From Paragordius varius (Eukaryota > Animalia > Nematomorpha), in contig OZ176054.1 of assembly GCA_964247055.1 (NCBI GenBank), positions 10,416,001-10,480,000 of the forward strand: a stretch of 64,000 nucleotides of DNA, read 5' to 3'. The notes under the pieces were generated by a model. The model saw only the letters and a list, made by a program, of their open reading frames with translations. It was not told the origin of the DNA and ran no database searches. Of this stretch, positions 26,501-39,200 are shown one piece after another. A program made the translations under genes and the position numbers. Every line of letters begins with the position of its first letter. Within the stretch, counting starts at the first letter, position 1.

Positions 26501-29500
26501 CAAAATTTTTTTAAGAAATTAATTATACGGTTTCTCAAAGATTAAAAGTTGATATCGATTTGAAATTGTTAATTAATAGAAAATAGGTTAAAAACAATAA
26601 AATAAATTAATTATTTACGATTTGATAAAAGTTAAAAACAAAACAAAAAAGTCAAAGGACCAACTTGAAGTGTTCAAGGACCAACTTAAAGTGTTCAAGG
26701 TCCAACTTGAACTGTTCAGGGACCAACTTGAATTGTTCAAGGACCATAAAATGTTCAAGGACCAACTTAAAGTTTTCCAGGACACTCTTGAAGTGCAAAT
26801 GTATTCTACTTCAGAGAGAGAGAGAGAGAGAGGTATGATGGTATAGTAGGTAGGGCGCCGGACTCTTAAACTGCTTGCCAGAGTTCGAACCCCGAAACTA
26901 CGCAATTTTTCCATCATCACTGTCAGTCCAGTCAACAAACTAATTTTTTAAAAGTTTGTTGTTTGAATTATAATTATCAAACCCTCTTTACATGTAATAG
27001 ATAAAAACTATAAATTTTACATTTTTGAGAGCCCCAAATTCAGATAGCTCCAAAATATGATGAAGACGAACAGCTGATATTAAAATTTATAAATATTGAA
27101 AATTTACTTGTAATTTAAAATTAAGCTTATAAAAATTATTTTTATTTTGATAACATTAATTTGCCTGTTGTGTTTGCGATTAAATAATTAAAAAATGTCG
27201 ACAAAAAAATTTAAGATTACGATTGTCTTACAATTTTAAATTAATCAAAAAAAATTGCATTATGCGCCCATAAAACCAAAGGAATCATTATACTTTCCAA
27301 GGCCCAAAGCTAAATGATTTTTTAAGATAATTAAATTTTAAATGACTCTAGTGCATATAACCACCTCAAAAGGTCATGGATGTGTTATCGAAATGATAGA
27401 CTTCAATATTAAAAAGATTGATAATTATTTTACAATAAAAAAATTATATTGAGTCCTCACACACTATTATGGTAAACTTTAAGTATAATTCATATTTTAT
27501 ATATTAGGCGCCTTAAATTCTAGCAAAATTATATTACTCCTTCCATTAGATGTTAAATAACTTACACTTTTTCAGCATATCTGCGAATAACACATATTTA
27601 TTTCTATCTAATTATATATTATGCCTAAGGTGGTGACCAGACGTCCCACTTTTTCACACTTTGTCCCGCGTCCTGCTACGTTTTTAAAATGTCCCGCTTT
27701 TTCACGATTATCTAAAAAAATTTTTTTTTCAATACCAATAAATTTTTTTTATCCGTTTAAATTTTTTATCATTAAATATCTTTAAAATCTATTCAATTTT
27801 AAATTAAAATTTTTTATTTTTAAATTAAAAATATTTATTTTTTTCGAATTTATATCATATGATTATACACTTTGCTTCCTATCATCATTATCAAAAAGCC
27901 AAGTTAATAAACAAATCGGTAGCTTAAAAGACCAATTGATAATACAAATCGGTACCTTACACGTTTATTCCAGAAAATTAAGGTAATATAATATTTATTA
28001 TACTAATAGTAGTTTATAAATATGAGCACAAAAAGAGGTTGTAAATTCAACGATAAATTAATGAAAGATTTTCCTTTTATCAAAACGAAGAATGAATCAT
28101 TTGTTAAATGTTTTTTATGCGAGGGGGAATTCACCCTAGAACATGGCGGCAAGCTTGATATTACAAAGCATATGGAAACACAACAACATAAAAAAATGTT
28201 TGGATATGGCGGCATCATCTTACAAAATGAGCGATTTTTATCGAAAAACCGCTTTTGGAGAGGAAGAAAAGAATTTGGCATTAACCGAAGGCGTTTTATC
28301 TTTTCACGCCGTTTATCACAATCATTCCTTTAGATTTATGGATTTTACCTCACAAGTTATTCGCACGTTATTCCATAAAAAATTTACATGTGCCCGTACA
28401 AAGGCTGAAGCCATTGTGTGCAATGTCCTTTCGCCACATGCATTTTCTGAAATACAAAAAGATTTGCTGAAAATTAATTTTTTATCCCTATTCTCTGATT
28501 CAAATCACCATGAAAAAATTATTTCCCACTTTAATAAGATATTTGGACTCAGAAACCGGAAAAATAAAATTTTAGATTTAATTTCTCTACCCGGTGAAAA
28601 TTTCGAAATACATATTCTAGAAAAAAATAATTTAAAAGACAAAATTATCGCATATTGCGCTGACAACACCAATACGAACTTTGGTGGAGGAACAAAATAT
28701 ATTTTTCAAAGATTTACAGGTAATCTTAATCAAAACATGATTGGCGCTAGGTGTGCAGCGCATATTATGCACAACAGCTTCGGGTATGCAGCGCATTTAA
28801 TACACAACGTTATTCAAACAGCTGCTGATTTATTGCCCCTAGATGTGGAAAATGTAGTTGTTAAAATATATTCCTATTTTTATATATAAACGGTACGTGT
28901 TGAAACGCTTAAAGATTTCTGAATAAATGCAGAAGTTCAATATCAAAAAATGCTGGGATATTGTAAAATCGTTGGTTAGCTTTTATGCCAGCTATCGAAA
29001 GAATTTTAAAAATGTATGATCCTTTAAAATCATTTTTTATCACAAGACAAATGTCCTACAACTTTAAAAAAGTTTTTTGAAAGTGATTCTTCAAAAATAT
29101 GGTTGGAATTCTTACATAATCAAGGTTCTCTCTCAAAATTTTATTAAATTTTTAGAAGGTGACAAAATTTCGGCAATCGAAGTAGCCAATGAAGTTAGTA
29201 ACCTGAAATTCCAATGTCAAGAACGGTTAGAAAATAATTTTATACCATTAACCATCCGCAATATAATAAATAATTTAGTAAAACAAGGCTTAATAAATCG
29301 CCAAGATCTGTACCATATAAAAATGTTTTATACAAACTGCAAAGATTATTTGGAAGACTGGACTACACAATTCAATGAAATTGATCATCATTGGATAACA
29401 TTAAAATCAGAATTTAATTGGTGCCATGTTCAAAAATCATTTGATTATATCTGCTCCCAAAAATTCTCAAAAATTGATCTTTCAGAAAATGATCTTTTTT

Positions 29501-32500
29501 CTGAAGTATCATTAGTTAAAAGATATATTAATAATGAAAAACTTAAATTATGGACAAAAGAAAAATATACAGTAGAAAAGAAATGGTTGGAAATATGTCA
29601 TCATTTTGAAACCAACTATATTACATACAATAATATTTGAAAAATTGTGGAATTCACACTATCTTTACCTGGAACCAACGCTGCTACTGAGCGCGTTTTT
29701 TCACAGTAAATCAAGTGTGGACATCGGAAAAATCAAATTTAAATGTTGAAACTTTAAAGGCCGTTTTATCTGTCAAATATAATTTGACAAATTCTTGCGA
29801 AGACTTCTACAATATTTTAAAAAATGATGACAATCTGCTAAAACGCATTCACTCAAACAAAAAATAAACCAAAGAAAAATATTTTCTTATATTTATAAAG
29901 TTTTTATGTTAAAAAATAAATAAAATTACTTAAAATATTGTATAAGTCTTCATAATTTGTCAAATTATATTTGAACACATAATATGGCTTTTATTCAACA
30001 TTTAAATTTGATTCCGTGTCCTTACTTTATTTACTGGGGAAAAACGCGTTCAATAGCAGTGGTTCAGGTAAAGATAATGAATTATTATTGTATGGAACAT
30101 AATTTGTTTAAAAATGATGTTTTAACCATTTCTATCCTACGTATTTTTATCTGTCCATAATATAAGTTTTCATTCAATATATTTATTTAATAATGAGACT
30201 TCATAAAGTGTCATTGTGCACCGTCTTGTCTTCCAAATAATCGTTTCTGTTTATATAAAACATTTTTATATTCTGAATATTCATTGAGCCTTGTTTTTAT
30301 GGATGCTTTATAATATTGCGATTAGGTAATGGTATAAAATAATTTTCTAACCTTTTTTGACTTGGAATTTTGACCTTTGTCCTGTGATAAAAAATAGGAT
30401 TCTAGGAGATCACATTTTTATAAATATTTCAATCGCTGGCAAAAGAGCTAACCAAAAGTTCTACAATATCCAAGCATTTTAACATCTATATTTTCTACAT
30501 CGGTAACAAATCAGTAGCTGTTTGAATAGCGTTGTGTATCTGCCAATAATGTTTTGATTAAGATTATTCGCTAAATTGTTAAAAATATTTTTTGTGCCGC
30601 TTCTTGCATCACCCAGCGCACTTTGTGATGATTTCGTCTTTATATTTTTTTCTAGAATATTACAATCACTTCACCCTTTGTTCGTGCACATGTAATATTG
30701 AATAAAGTACAAACAACCTGTAGGTACAAATTTTTTTATATTTATAATGTATTTGTGTTAAAAATAAATAAATATTACAATAAATTTTTTGTATAAAAAT
30801 TTTTGGTTGTACCCCCCAATGACCCCCCCCCCTTCTCAGATTTGTCCCGCGTTTTCCTTCAAAAAATCTGGTCACCTTAATTATGCCTATAGAAAATGAA
30901 CCTCCAATGTTAATAAATGTATCCGGAAATACGTTTACTCCAATCAACTCTAAAATGAAAATGAGTAAACACCGAAATAATATAAATTTCAAGTTTAAAA
31001 CCTTTTTCAATATAATGCCATAGATGTCGTTTCAGATTACTATTTAATTCATAGTTAAAGAACATATTTTTACATTTCGGTTTGTCGCAAATTTTAATAT
31101 CAAACAATTTGTTATTTAATAACAGGGTGCCATTTTCAGGAAACTTTATGTACCAATAAACTTACTTGCATTGGGGTTCTTCGAAACTATTATTGAATAT
31201 ATATTGGAACCAAAATATAAATTATATTTACAGTAATGAAATATTTTAAAACACTACCATAATTTTAGTTTGTTGAATATAACTCATTCTTTTAAACTGC
31301 AAAGTATGAAATAAGAGTGTAAATTGGTAACATAATCAATTATAATTATCACTTGTATTAAATATAGGGTGACCAGATTATTAAATAGAAAAAGCGGGAC
31401 AACCCTGAATGGAAGGGAGGAGGGCATTACTATCAAAAATTTCTAAAAAAATTTATCGAAATATTCTTTATTAAAATTAATACAATTTATAAGTATAAAA
31501 AACCACGTTTGGTCACCCTAATAAAATTGTTTAATGGAAGAATAATTGAGAATTAAAAAAGTATGGTTGTCACTCAGAAATATATTTCTTTTATCATTAC
31601 TATTATATGTATTATATTTTAGACCGTTTGAATTCCAGTAATATAACTATCCTTACTCCATTAAATAGTAATTTTTTCTACTTTTTTGCACGTCTGAGAA
31701 TAACTAATAGTTAGTTATTCATATTTTAATATATTATATTTTAGAAAACGAACCTCCAATTCTCGTAAATATATCCGAAACTACAACTGACCCAATTAAC
31801 TCTGAAACGAAGATAAATGAGAAAAGTAAAAAATGATGCCTATATTTTTTATTAGTATATCATTAGTATTTGGGAAAACGTTTCTAAATGCTAAAATTTA
31901 TATAGAAATTTAATAAACACTAATAAACCGCTAATAAAAAAGCCGTCAGTGCATTTGTGCATTTAAATAGCTTCGGAATTTGAAATATATAAAGTATATT
32001 AACCAAAGTTAAATTCCCAATCAAAGTTTTCTTATTATAAATATATTTTGAAATTTTAACCTAGGCTTTGCCATTTTATTGCATGGTAAAAGTCGAAAAT
32101 TTTAAACCAGAGCGCTAAAGCTTTATATGCATTTAGACTTATTAGAACTTTAGGTATATGCTATAAATTAGTGATATATTTAATGAAATAAAAATTAAGG
32201 ACAAAAATTGTCCAATGTGTTTTACTGGTTTTTGTTTTTGCCATTCATTTTTGAATATCGCTTTTGGCCCTACAATATTGGTAATAGTAGAATATTCAGT
32301 TTTTATCAATGTTCAAAACGTAGATCTCAAGGTTTAAAATATTATTTCTACAAACTTTATAAACACTATAATTTAGCCCCGTTTTTTTCACAAGGGCCTA
32401 TTTTTCAGGCATAAGAATAATAACTTTATTTTAAATTATCAATGAGTAAAACATTTTTTTTGTAAAAAATCTATACAGGTTTTATTTAAATCAATATAAT

Positions 32501-34078
32501 TTATACAGATATACATATATTTTAGGACACAACAATTCTAGCAAAATTATCATACTTACTAAGTTAGATGGTAAATTTTTATATTTAATAGGGGTAACGC
32601 ACCCTTATTCTCAAAAACGGTTTTTTGGTTTTTTTAATATATAAATTTGCTTATAGAAAAAGAACCACCTATCTTTGTAAATGTACCCGAAAATAAAACT
32701 ACATCAACTAACCAACACGAAAATATGAATGAACAACCATCAAGTATATTTAATTTTTTACGAACAACTCATAAGGCAAGTGGAGTTCCCAAAAGGGAAC
32801 GGCCCCCAGGGGGACAAGGAAAATTTAAAGGAAGCGCGAAAAATTTGTTGAATTTAATTAAGAAATAAAATTGGAAACAAATTTAGGGATATCGAGTGTT
32901 CGAATTATTTAGATTTGTCACCGATATGGGAATTATATTTCAAAAAATGCAGATCTAATGATCTCATTGATTGGGATTTTAAGCTATGATAATATATTTT
33001 GCATTTTTATCTTGGATTTTTAAGGGAGGCGCAAAAATTTTCATTTTCAATTTGGTGGGGCGTTAACAAAAAAGGGTTGGGAACCACTGCAATATGGTAA
33101 AAACACCAATGTCTTTTAAGCCTAATTATAACAGATTAAAATAATGATAAATAAAGATGTTTCTGAATGTAAAATTTGTCTAAAATTTTGGGATTTATAT
33201 TTTAGATCAGGGGTTATATGTATATATTTAAAGCTCTCTGCTTTATTCTTTAGAAATTATATGGACAAAAATAATCAGCTGTGCACTTAGTTTTTTCGTT
33301 ATGGTATTTAATCCCCATTTCCTGGATCTGAATATTTTTGACCTCCTAGCAAACGGATTTAATAATATATAAATAAATAAATGAAATTAGTTAAATACTA
33401 TGCCGACAAATGTTACATACCTGTTTGACATATATGCAGATTTTAGCTTTATCTAAAATCAAAAACAGTACAAAATTAAAATAGCTTAGGGCCACAAAAA
33501 GCATTTTTAGGGATATATGCAAACCGTCTGTGATTTTAGTACCACTGAGTTAGAGGTAGGTTAAATATTTATTCGTGTATATTTTGATACTCTTCTCAAA
33601 AAAATATATTTTTTTAAAATAATAAATATATTTATTATACACATATATATATTTTACAAACTATAAAATTAGCTCCTCAAAAGACATTTGCGACAGGAAC
33701 TTCACAACTGAGCAAACCTGCATCATCAGAACCATCTCTCCTTTCCACATCAGCCAAAGGTTAATTTATATAATTTAACAAATTTTTAAATTTTCTAAAA
33801 AGTTTGAAATAAATATATTATTTTGCTAAACATACAGGCGAAGCCTTACTTGCTGTAGGTAATAGATGTTAATTAATACTATATAATTTATAAAATATTT
33901 TTAAATTTAGTATTTTAATGTTATTGAAATATTTCCGATAGCTGCAGCTGCTGGTGGTGGTTTAGGTATGTTGATTTTTGTTTTAAAAAACTTTCTATTC
34001 AGATTGGCTGAAAGCTATTTCTAAATGCCATTTATCAATATAATTTATCTAGTCTTGACAGGTTATATATATATATAC

Positions 34079-34111
<33 letters not shown>

Positions 34112-36212
34112 CAATAATTTTTATGCGGTAATTTCAGAAATATGTAAAGTCATCAAAAAACTCAAAAGAATGATTATTTTCAGAATATAAGAATCCTTCT
34201 GGTGTTGTTTTAAAATGGGGCTCTTTCGTGTAAAAACTAAAATATCCCTAATGACCAAAATATAAATTAATTAGGGGTACATTTAGCTAGAAATCTCTCA
34301 AAAAACTTAACACCACGTTTGAAATTAAGAAATTTTAGCATATAATCAAAGTTTTTATGATAATTTTCTAACATACATAAGGGTACCTAAATTTTTAACT
34401 GTAGAAATTAGTTTTGACCGCACAAGGCCGAAGATTTTTTCATCAAATTATTTGCTAATGCTCATATTTAAAATGAAATTTTGAGATGCTGGTATTTTAA
34501 ATGCCATAAATTATGATTAAAATAGTGCTACAAAAAATGAGATTGCTATATTACAAAATAAGACTAAATTTTTTATAATGCCATACCTCTAACATCACAA
34601 ATAAATTGAATGTCCAAAAGACAATCATACTTTTTTAATCCTTATTTTTTTTAAATATAATTCATGTTTTAGACAACCAAGTATATCTATAAGATGGCGA
34701 TGTATATTGATAACACAATCAATTATATATATATTTGTAAATAAATCAATTACATGAGAAAAATTTAAATTTAAAAAAAGTATGATTGTCTTTGAGAAAT
34801 TTTTTTTGACTGTTTTATCCCTATATTTTCAGTTTTTTTACTGTAAATTCAAATTGTTTTCTTTTACCCAAGCATGGTAATATAACTGTTGTTGTATCCA
34901 CAAAATAGGATGGATTGCAAATCAAAATGGCTGACATCTATATATAAAATAAAATTAGTTATCCGTAATCACAAATATTTTAGCGTCTCCTTGAATGAGT
35001 TTAAATCATATTTGAATATAGGTGCGGGTGCTGAAGCCGCCGCTACAGGAGGGCTAGCTACGGGCGCAGCTTTAGAAGGTATGCAAAAAATATTTTTCGA
35101 TTCAAAAAAATGATATATCTAAAAGTGTTGACAAAAAAATGTTATGCCAATGTGTGATGAATAAAATTTTGAACTGATATGTGATATACGTAAATTGAAA
35201 ATTGTTATAAATTATTTGTATAATAAAAATTAAATTGTTAAAAAAAGCAAAAACAGTATAAACAAACATTTAAGACTTATGACCTATTGGGGTAGGTTAT
35301 ACCCCAGACCGTTAAAAAAATTTTAGCCTTTTAGCCGCAGCAAACTTATTTTTTAATTGGATCCATATCTTAAACTTATTCGCCGTCATTTTTTTTATTT
35401 TTAAGCGCTAATTAAAAAACTATATGCATTTATGATTAATATATATATGATTAACTTTAAATTTCAAAATTTAGCAGATATTGATTATTGATTATATCAG
35501 CAGATCGTTTAGGGACTCTAGAAGTCAAAAAACATGAAATATAAGTTTTTTATATAATCACGAGAAGCGGGTTTCCTAATTCAATTTTAACTGAATTTAA
35601 GTTCCCATCAGAAACCAAAATGTCACCGTATACAAAAAAATGAAAAAGTAATAAATTTTGTTTATGTCTAATTTTTTAAACTTAATTATTTTAACACCTA
35701 TCGTAATAAATGCAAATTGGGGAACTTAATACACACTGATTCGTTAGTTGTCAGATAGGAGATAGAAAATTGTGAGACGAAAATATCGTGTTTTATAAAC
35801 ATACATATTTATCATGTTTTGTCCTTTGGATTTTTTCGGTAACTTTACTGTAAAAAATTAATTTATTCTTAAATATATTTCTGATAGCCGGTGCCGCTGG
35901 AGCCGAAACCGTTGCAGGTCTAACTTTAAATACTACTTATAATATAGATGCCTATCCAAAATTATATAAATTATATTATCTTTTGCACCTTTAAATTTTA
36001 CACATATTGCAAAAGCAAAAATTATTTTTCAACTATATATAGCAAATCTTGACACAATCGCTGGTGAGAATGTCGGAGAATCCTTCGAAATGTCAAACAC
36101 AGGTGTAATAATAAAAATATTATATTTTTTCAGTAATGTACTCACAATAAGTTTAACTTAATATATGAATTTTAATTAACTCTCTAATTTAGATATTATT
36201 GAACTGGATTTA

Positions 36213-36250
<38 letters not shown>

Positions 36251-39200
36251 CAAATTTGGATGAAACTGCCCTATCTCAACCTGGGCCTTCTAACGGTATA
36301 TACAGATAAAATTAAAATTCTCGAGACAAAACTTTTATAACTGAAACAATATTTTTTTAACTATACTTTTTTTAACCTTAAATTTACCATATGATCTAAT
36401 TGCAATTTCGGAATATAAATAATTTGGTGTACTCCTAATTTACAACACTATTTCCTTGCAGTTATAAATAAGGATATAAAATATGCCGGTTTTTTTAAAA
36501 AAAACACATGTCTTTATATTTTTACATTTTGTTTGTTTTAATTGCGATTTTTTACTGTAATTTAATGAAAAGCTTTGAGTATCCTTATAATTATTTCGAA
36601 TTTATTTATATAAATATTATTGAATGTTTAGCACAAATCAGACCATCTCCATTTGAGGGTATGCCATAATAAACGCTTATACATGGAATTTGTAAAAATC
36701 TTTTAAACCAATAATAATAATATAGAGAGCCCACCAGGTCTAGTGTTCACATCTTAATATATATTATTTTTCAAATCTATAATTATTTTCATAAAATTTA
36801 CTTTTAGATGCCAAAATTCCTCGTTTGAATGGTAATTTAAAATTTAAAATATATTTTAAAACTACAATTTTTTAAATTTTTTCATATGACATATTAGTTG
36901 ATGCGGAATCTAATTTAAGTATATAGACATTTAAATTAATATTCCCCAAGAGTGTTTAATCTTATACACATAATTATACATAGGTGAAAACAATGAGCAG
37001 CTATTTACAGGTGTGAAATAATTAATTTTTTAAAACACAGATAGCGATGATACTATAAGTGATATCGAATCTCCCCAAGCTAATGAGGAAGTTGATGGAC
37101 AAGGCGCTAATGGTAATACATTTTATGCTTTATGAAACAAAATAAATATTTTGTTTGAATATACCATCAGTCAATATACTAAAAAATAAGTTAATAAAAA
37201 AATTTTTTAAAAATTAATAGTTGATTAACAAATAGTTAAAATATGGTTTTTAAAAAAATTATATATATGCATAAACTCAGAAAATGTTGAAAATGCCGAA
37301 CCCGGAGAAAACCCAGAGAGTGATGAGGATGTTGAAAATTATGATGAGGAACCCATAGGTTTTTAAAATATGCATTCTAAAATCTGGCAAACATTGGCTA
37401 CTCTTTATTATATTAAGCTGAACTTTAAATTAAAATTCTACATAATTTTTTCATCCAATCTTATCAATTTTCACATATTTTACATCTTTAGGTAAAATTT
37501 AATAAAATAAGACTTTAAACAGACCCTGATATACGGTATTTTGGCAAAAATATTTTTCTAATTTTCTTGAAATTAAATATTTTAAGTAAAAAAAGTAAAA
37601 ATTTGATGTTCAGTTACTCTTTAAGTTGATATGTTTTGCTTTTGCTTATGATGTTCGATTGGTAAAATTATGTTAGTTCATGAAAGTTATTGAAACCGCT
37701 TCTATATTAATCCATACAAAAATTTTCGACGTAATTGATATTCAAAACACCAGTATAAGACCTAATTTGATTAAAAAAATTGCGATTTTATCAATATTTT
37801 CATTAATTGTTAAAAATATATTCGGACACCCTTAGAACCAATTTTGAACGGTTAACTTTATTTTGTTTAGCTTTGTGACATTTTATCTTTTATGAAGGAT
37901 GACGACGGCATTCTAAATATATTACGTTATTTTTTCTATTGGTTAGATCCTAATGATATTGTAGACAATCCGGAATACATAGCTTTGCGTAGAAGTAAAA
38001 TTTACGATAAATAGAAAACTATACGGACAAAATCTAAATATGTAAAGAGAGTTTTTTCAAAAAACAACCATACTTTTATAAATCTTAATTTTTACCTTAT
38101 AAAATTATTTAATAACAATCGTAAAAATACATTATAATTAATTGTGTTACCAATATACAACTCTATTTCATACTTTACAGATTAAAACAATGAGTATATT
38201 AGAAAAAACATGATATAAAGCGGGTGGTTGTCTAATATTAGTAAAAAATATTAGTCTTTCGTTATATTTTTACGTTTTGTCCATATAATTTCAATTTTTA
38301 CTGTATCTTTGACATATTAATTATAGGTTTCGATACAATGACACGACGTAAATACTCATTATATCATGATACGAAAAATTAAAACTTTTATTTAATATAA
38401 TTAATATAGTTTTCGAAAGAATTTCTTACGGTATTAGATATTTTTTGCATTTTATCCTGATGAATATTTTTTATTTTTTTTTATTTAGCCGCTGATATCA
38501 CAGTGGAAAGTGGTGTGGCGATTTGGCAAAATGGTATAATAATAATTTTTCATGGTTTAACCCTCTAATGTTGTTGTAGCTAAGAACGGCGGCGATTTGT
38601 CGCTATTTTTTAAGTGTAGTTATGCCAGATTGTACGGTTAAATGTGATGCATGTCAATTGCATTGTTAGTTGGGTTTATTCAGATAAATTATCGATTCAA
38701 CGCATTTATATCTGCCAAGATTTCTTGAGCCTTCAATTTTTCCTGACATGAGCTGATACTCCAAGTTTTTGGCTTTAGTGATCTGGCCGAAGTATGATAT
38801 GTTTCATTTTGAGCCATAAGCCGCATAAGGATTCAGGTTTAATGTTATCGAGGTTTTCATGTTTTTAATTTAAATCTATTTAATTTATCTGTAGCAATTT
38901 TCTCCAGGACAACATTATAAAGGCATTTATATATCTTTCATTTCCTTTTTATGCAACGGCGTAAACAATGCTTGAGAAGATTAGAGATATGACTAATCTG
39001 ATCTTGGTTTTGAGTTTGATATCGTGAGATGACCATAGTTTAATGTATATATTTATCATATTTGCTTATATCATGTTTAGGTGCGTAATTTATTGTTTTT
39101 TAGGGTTATAATTATAAAGATTGGTCAAAATTAGTGCATTGTAAATTAAGAATTTTAATAAGAAACCCATAAATTACAGTAAAATTATGCCATGAGTATA

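Larger units (their letters stand above)
27626..30879 (+). mobile_element. hAT DNA transposon (Blackjack-like), same family as 4153-6555, with internal inverted segment
   Basis: TIRs TAAGG(TGG)TGACCAGA / TCTGGTCACCTTA; perfect 8-bp TSD ATTATGCC (27618-27625, 30880-30887); 3254 bp. Confidence 0.94.

Noticed and set aside
26058-26846. Heptad-repeat ORFs resembling leucine zippers / coiled coils
   Set aside because: They are translations of the 21-bp repeats in MITE arms, appearing on both strands.
26832-26900. Possible second tRNA gene
   Set aside because: Anticodon and acceptor stems do not close; continues into a SINE body.
35501-35506. 6-nt symmetric micro-exon candidates (35501-35506, 39736-39741)
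   Set aside because: Too short to distinguish from chance; the first lies in repeat-like sequence and the second would need a 26-nt intron.
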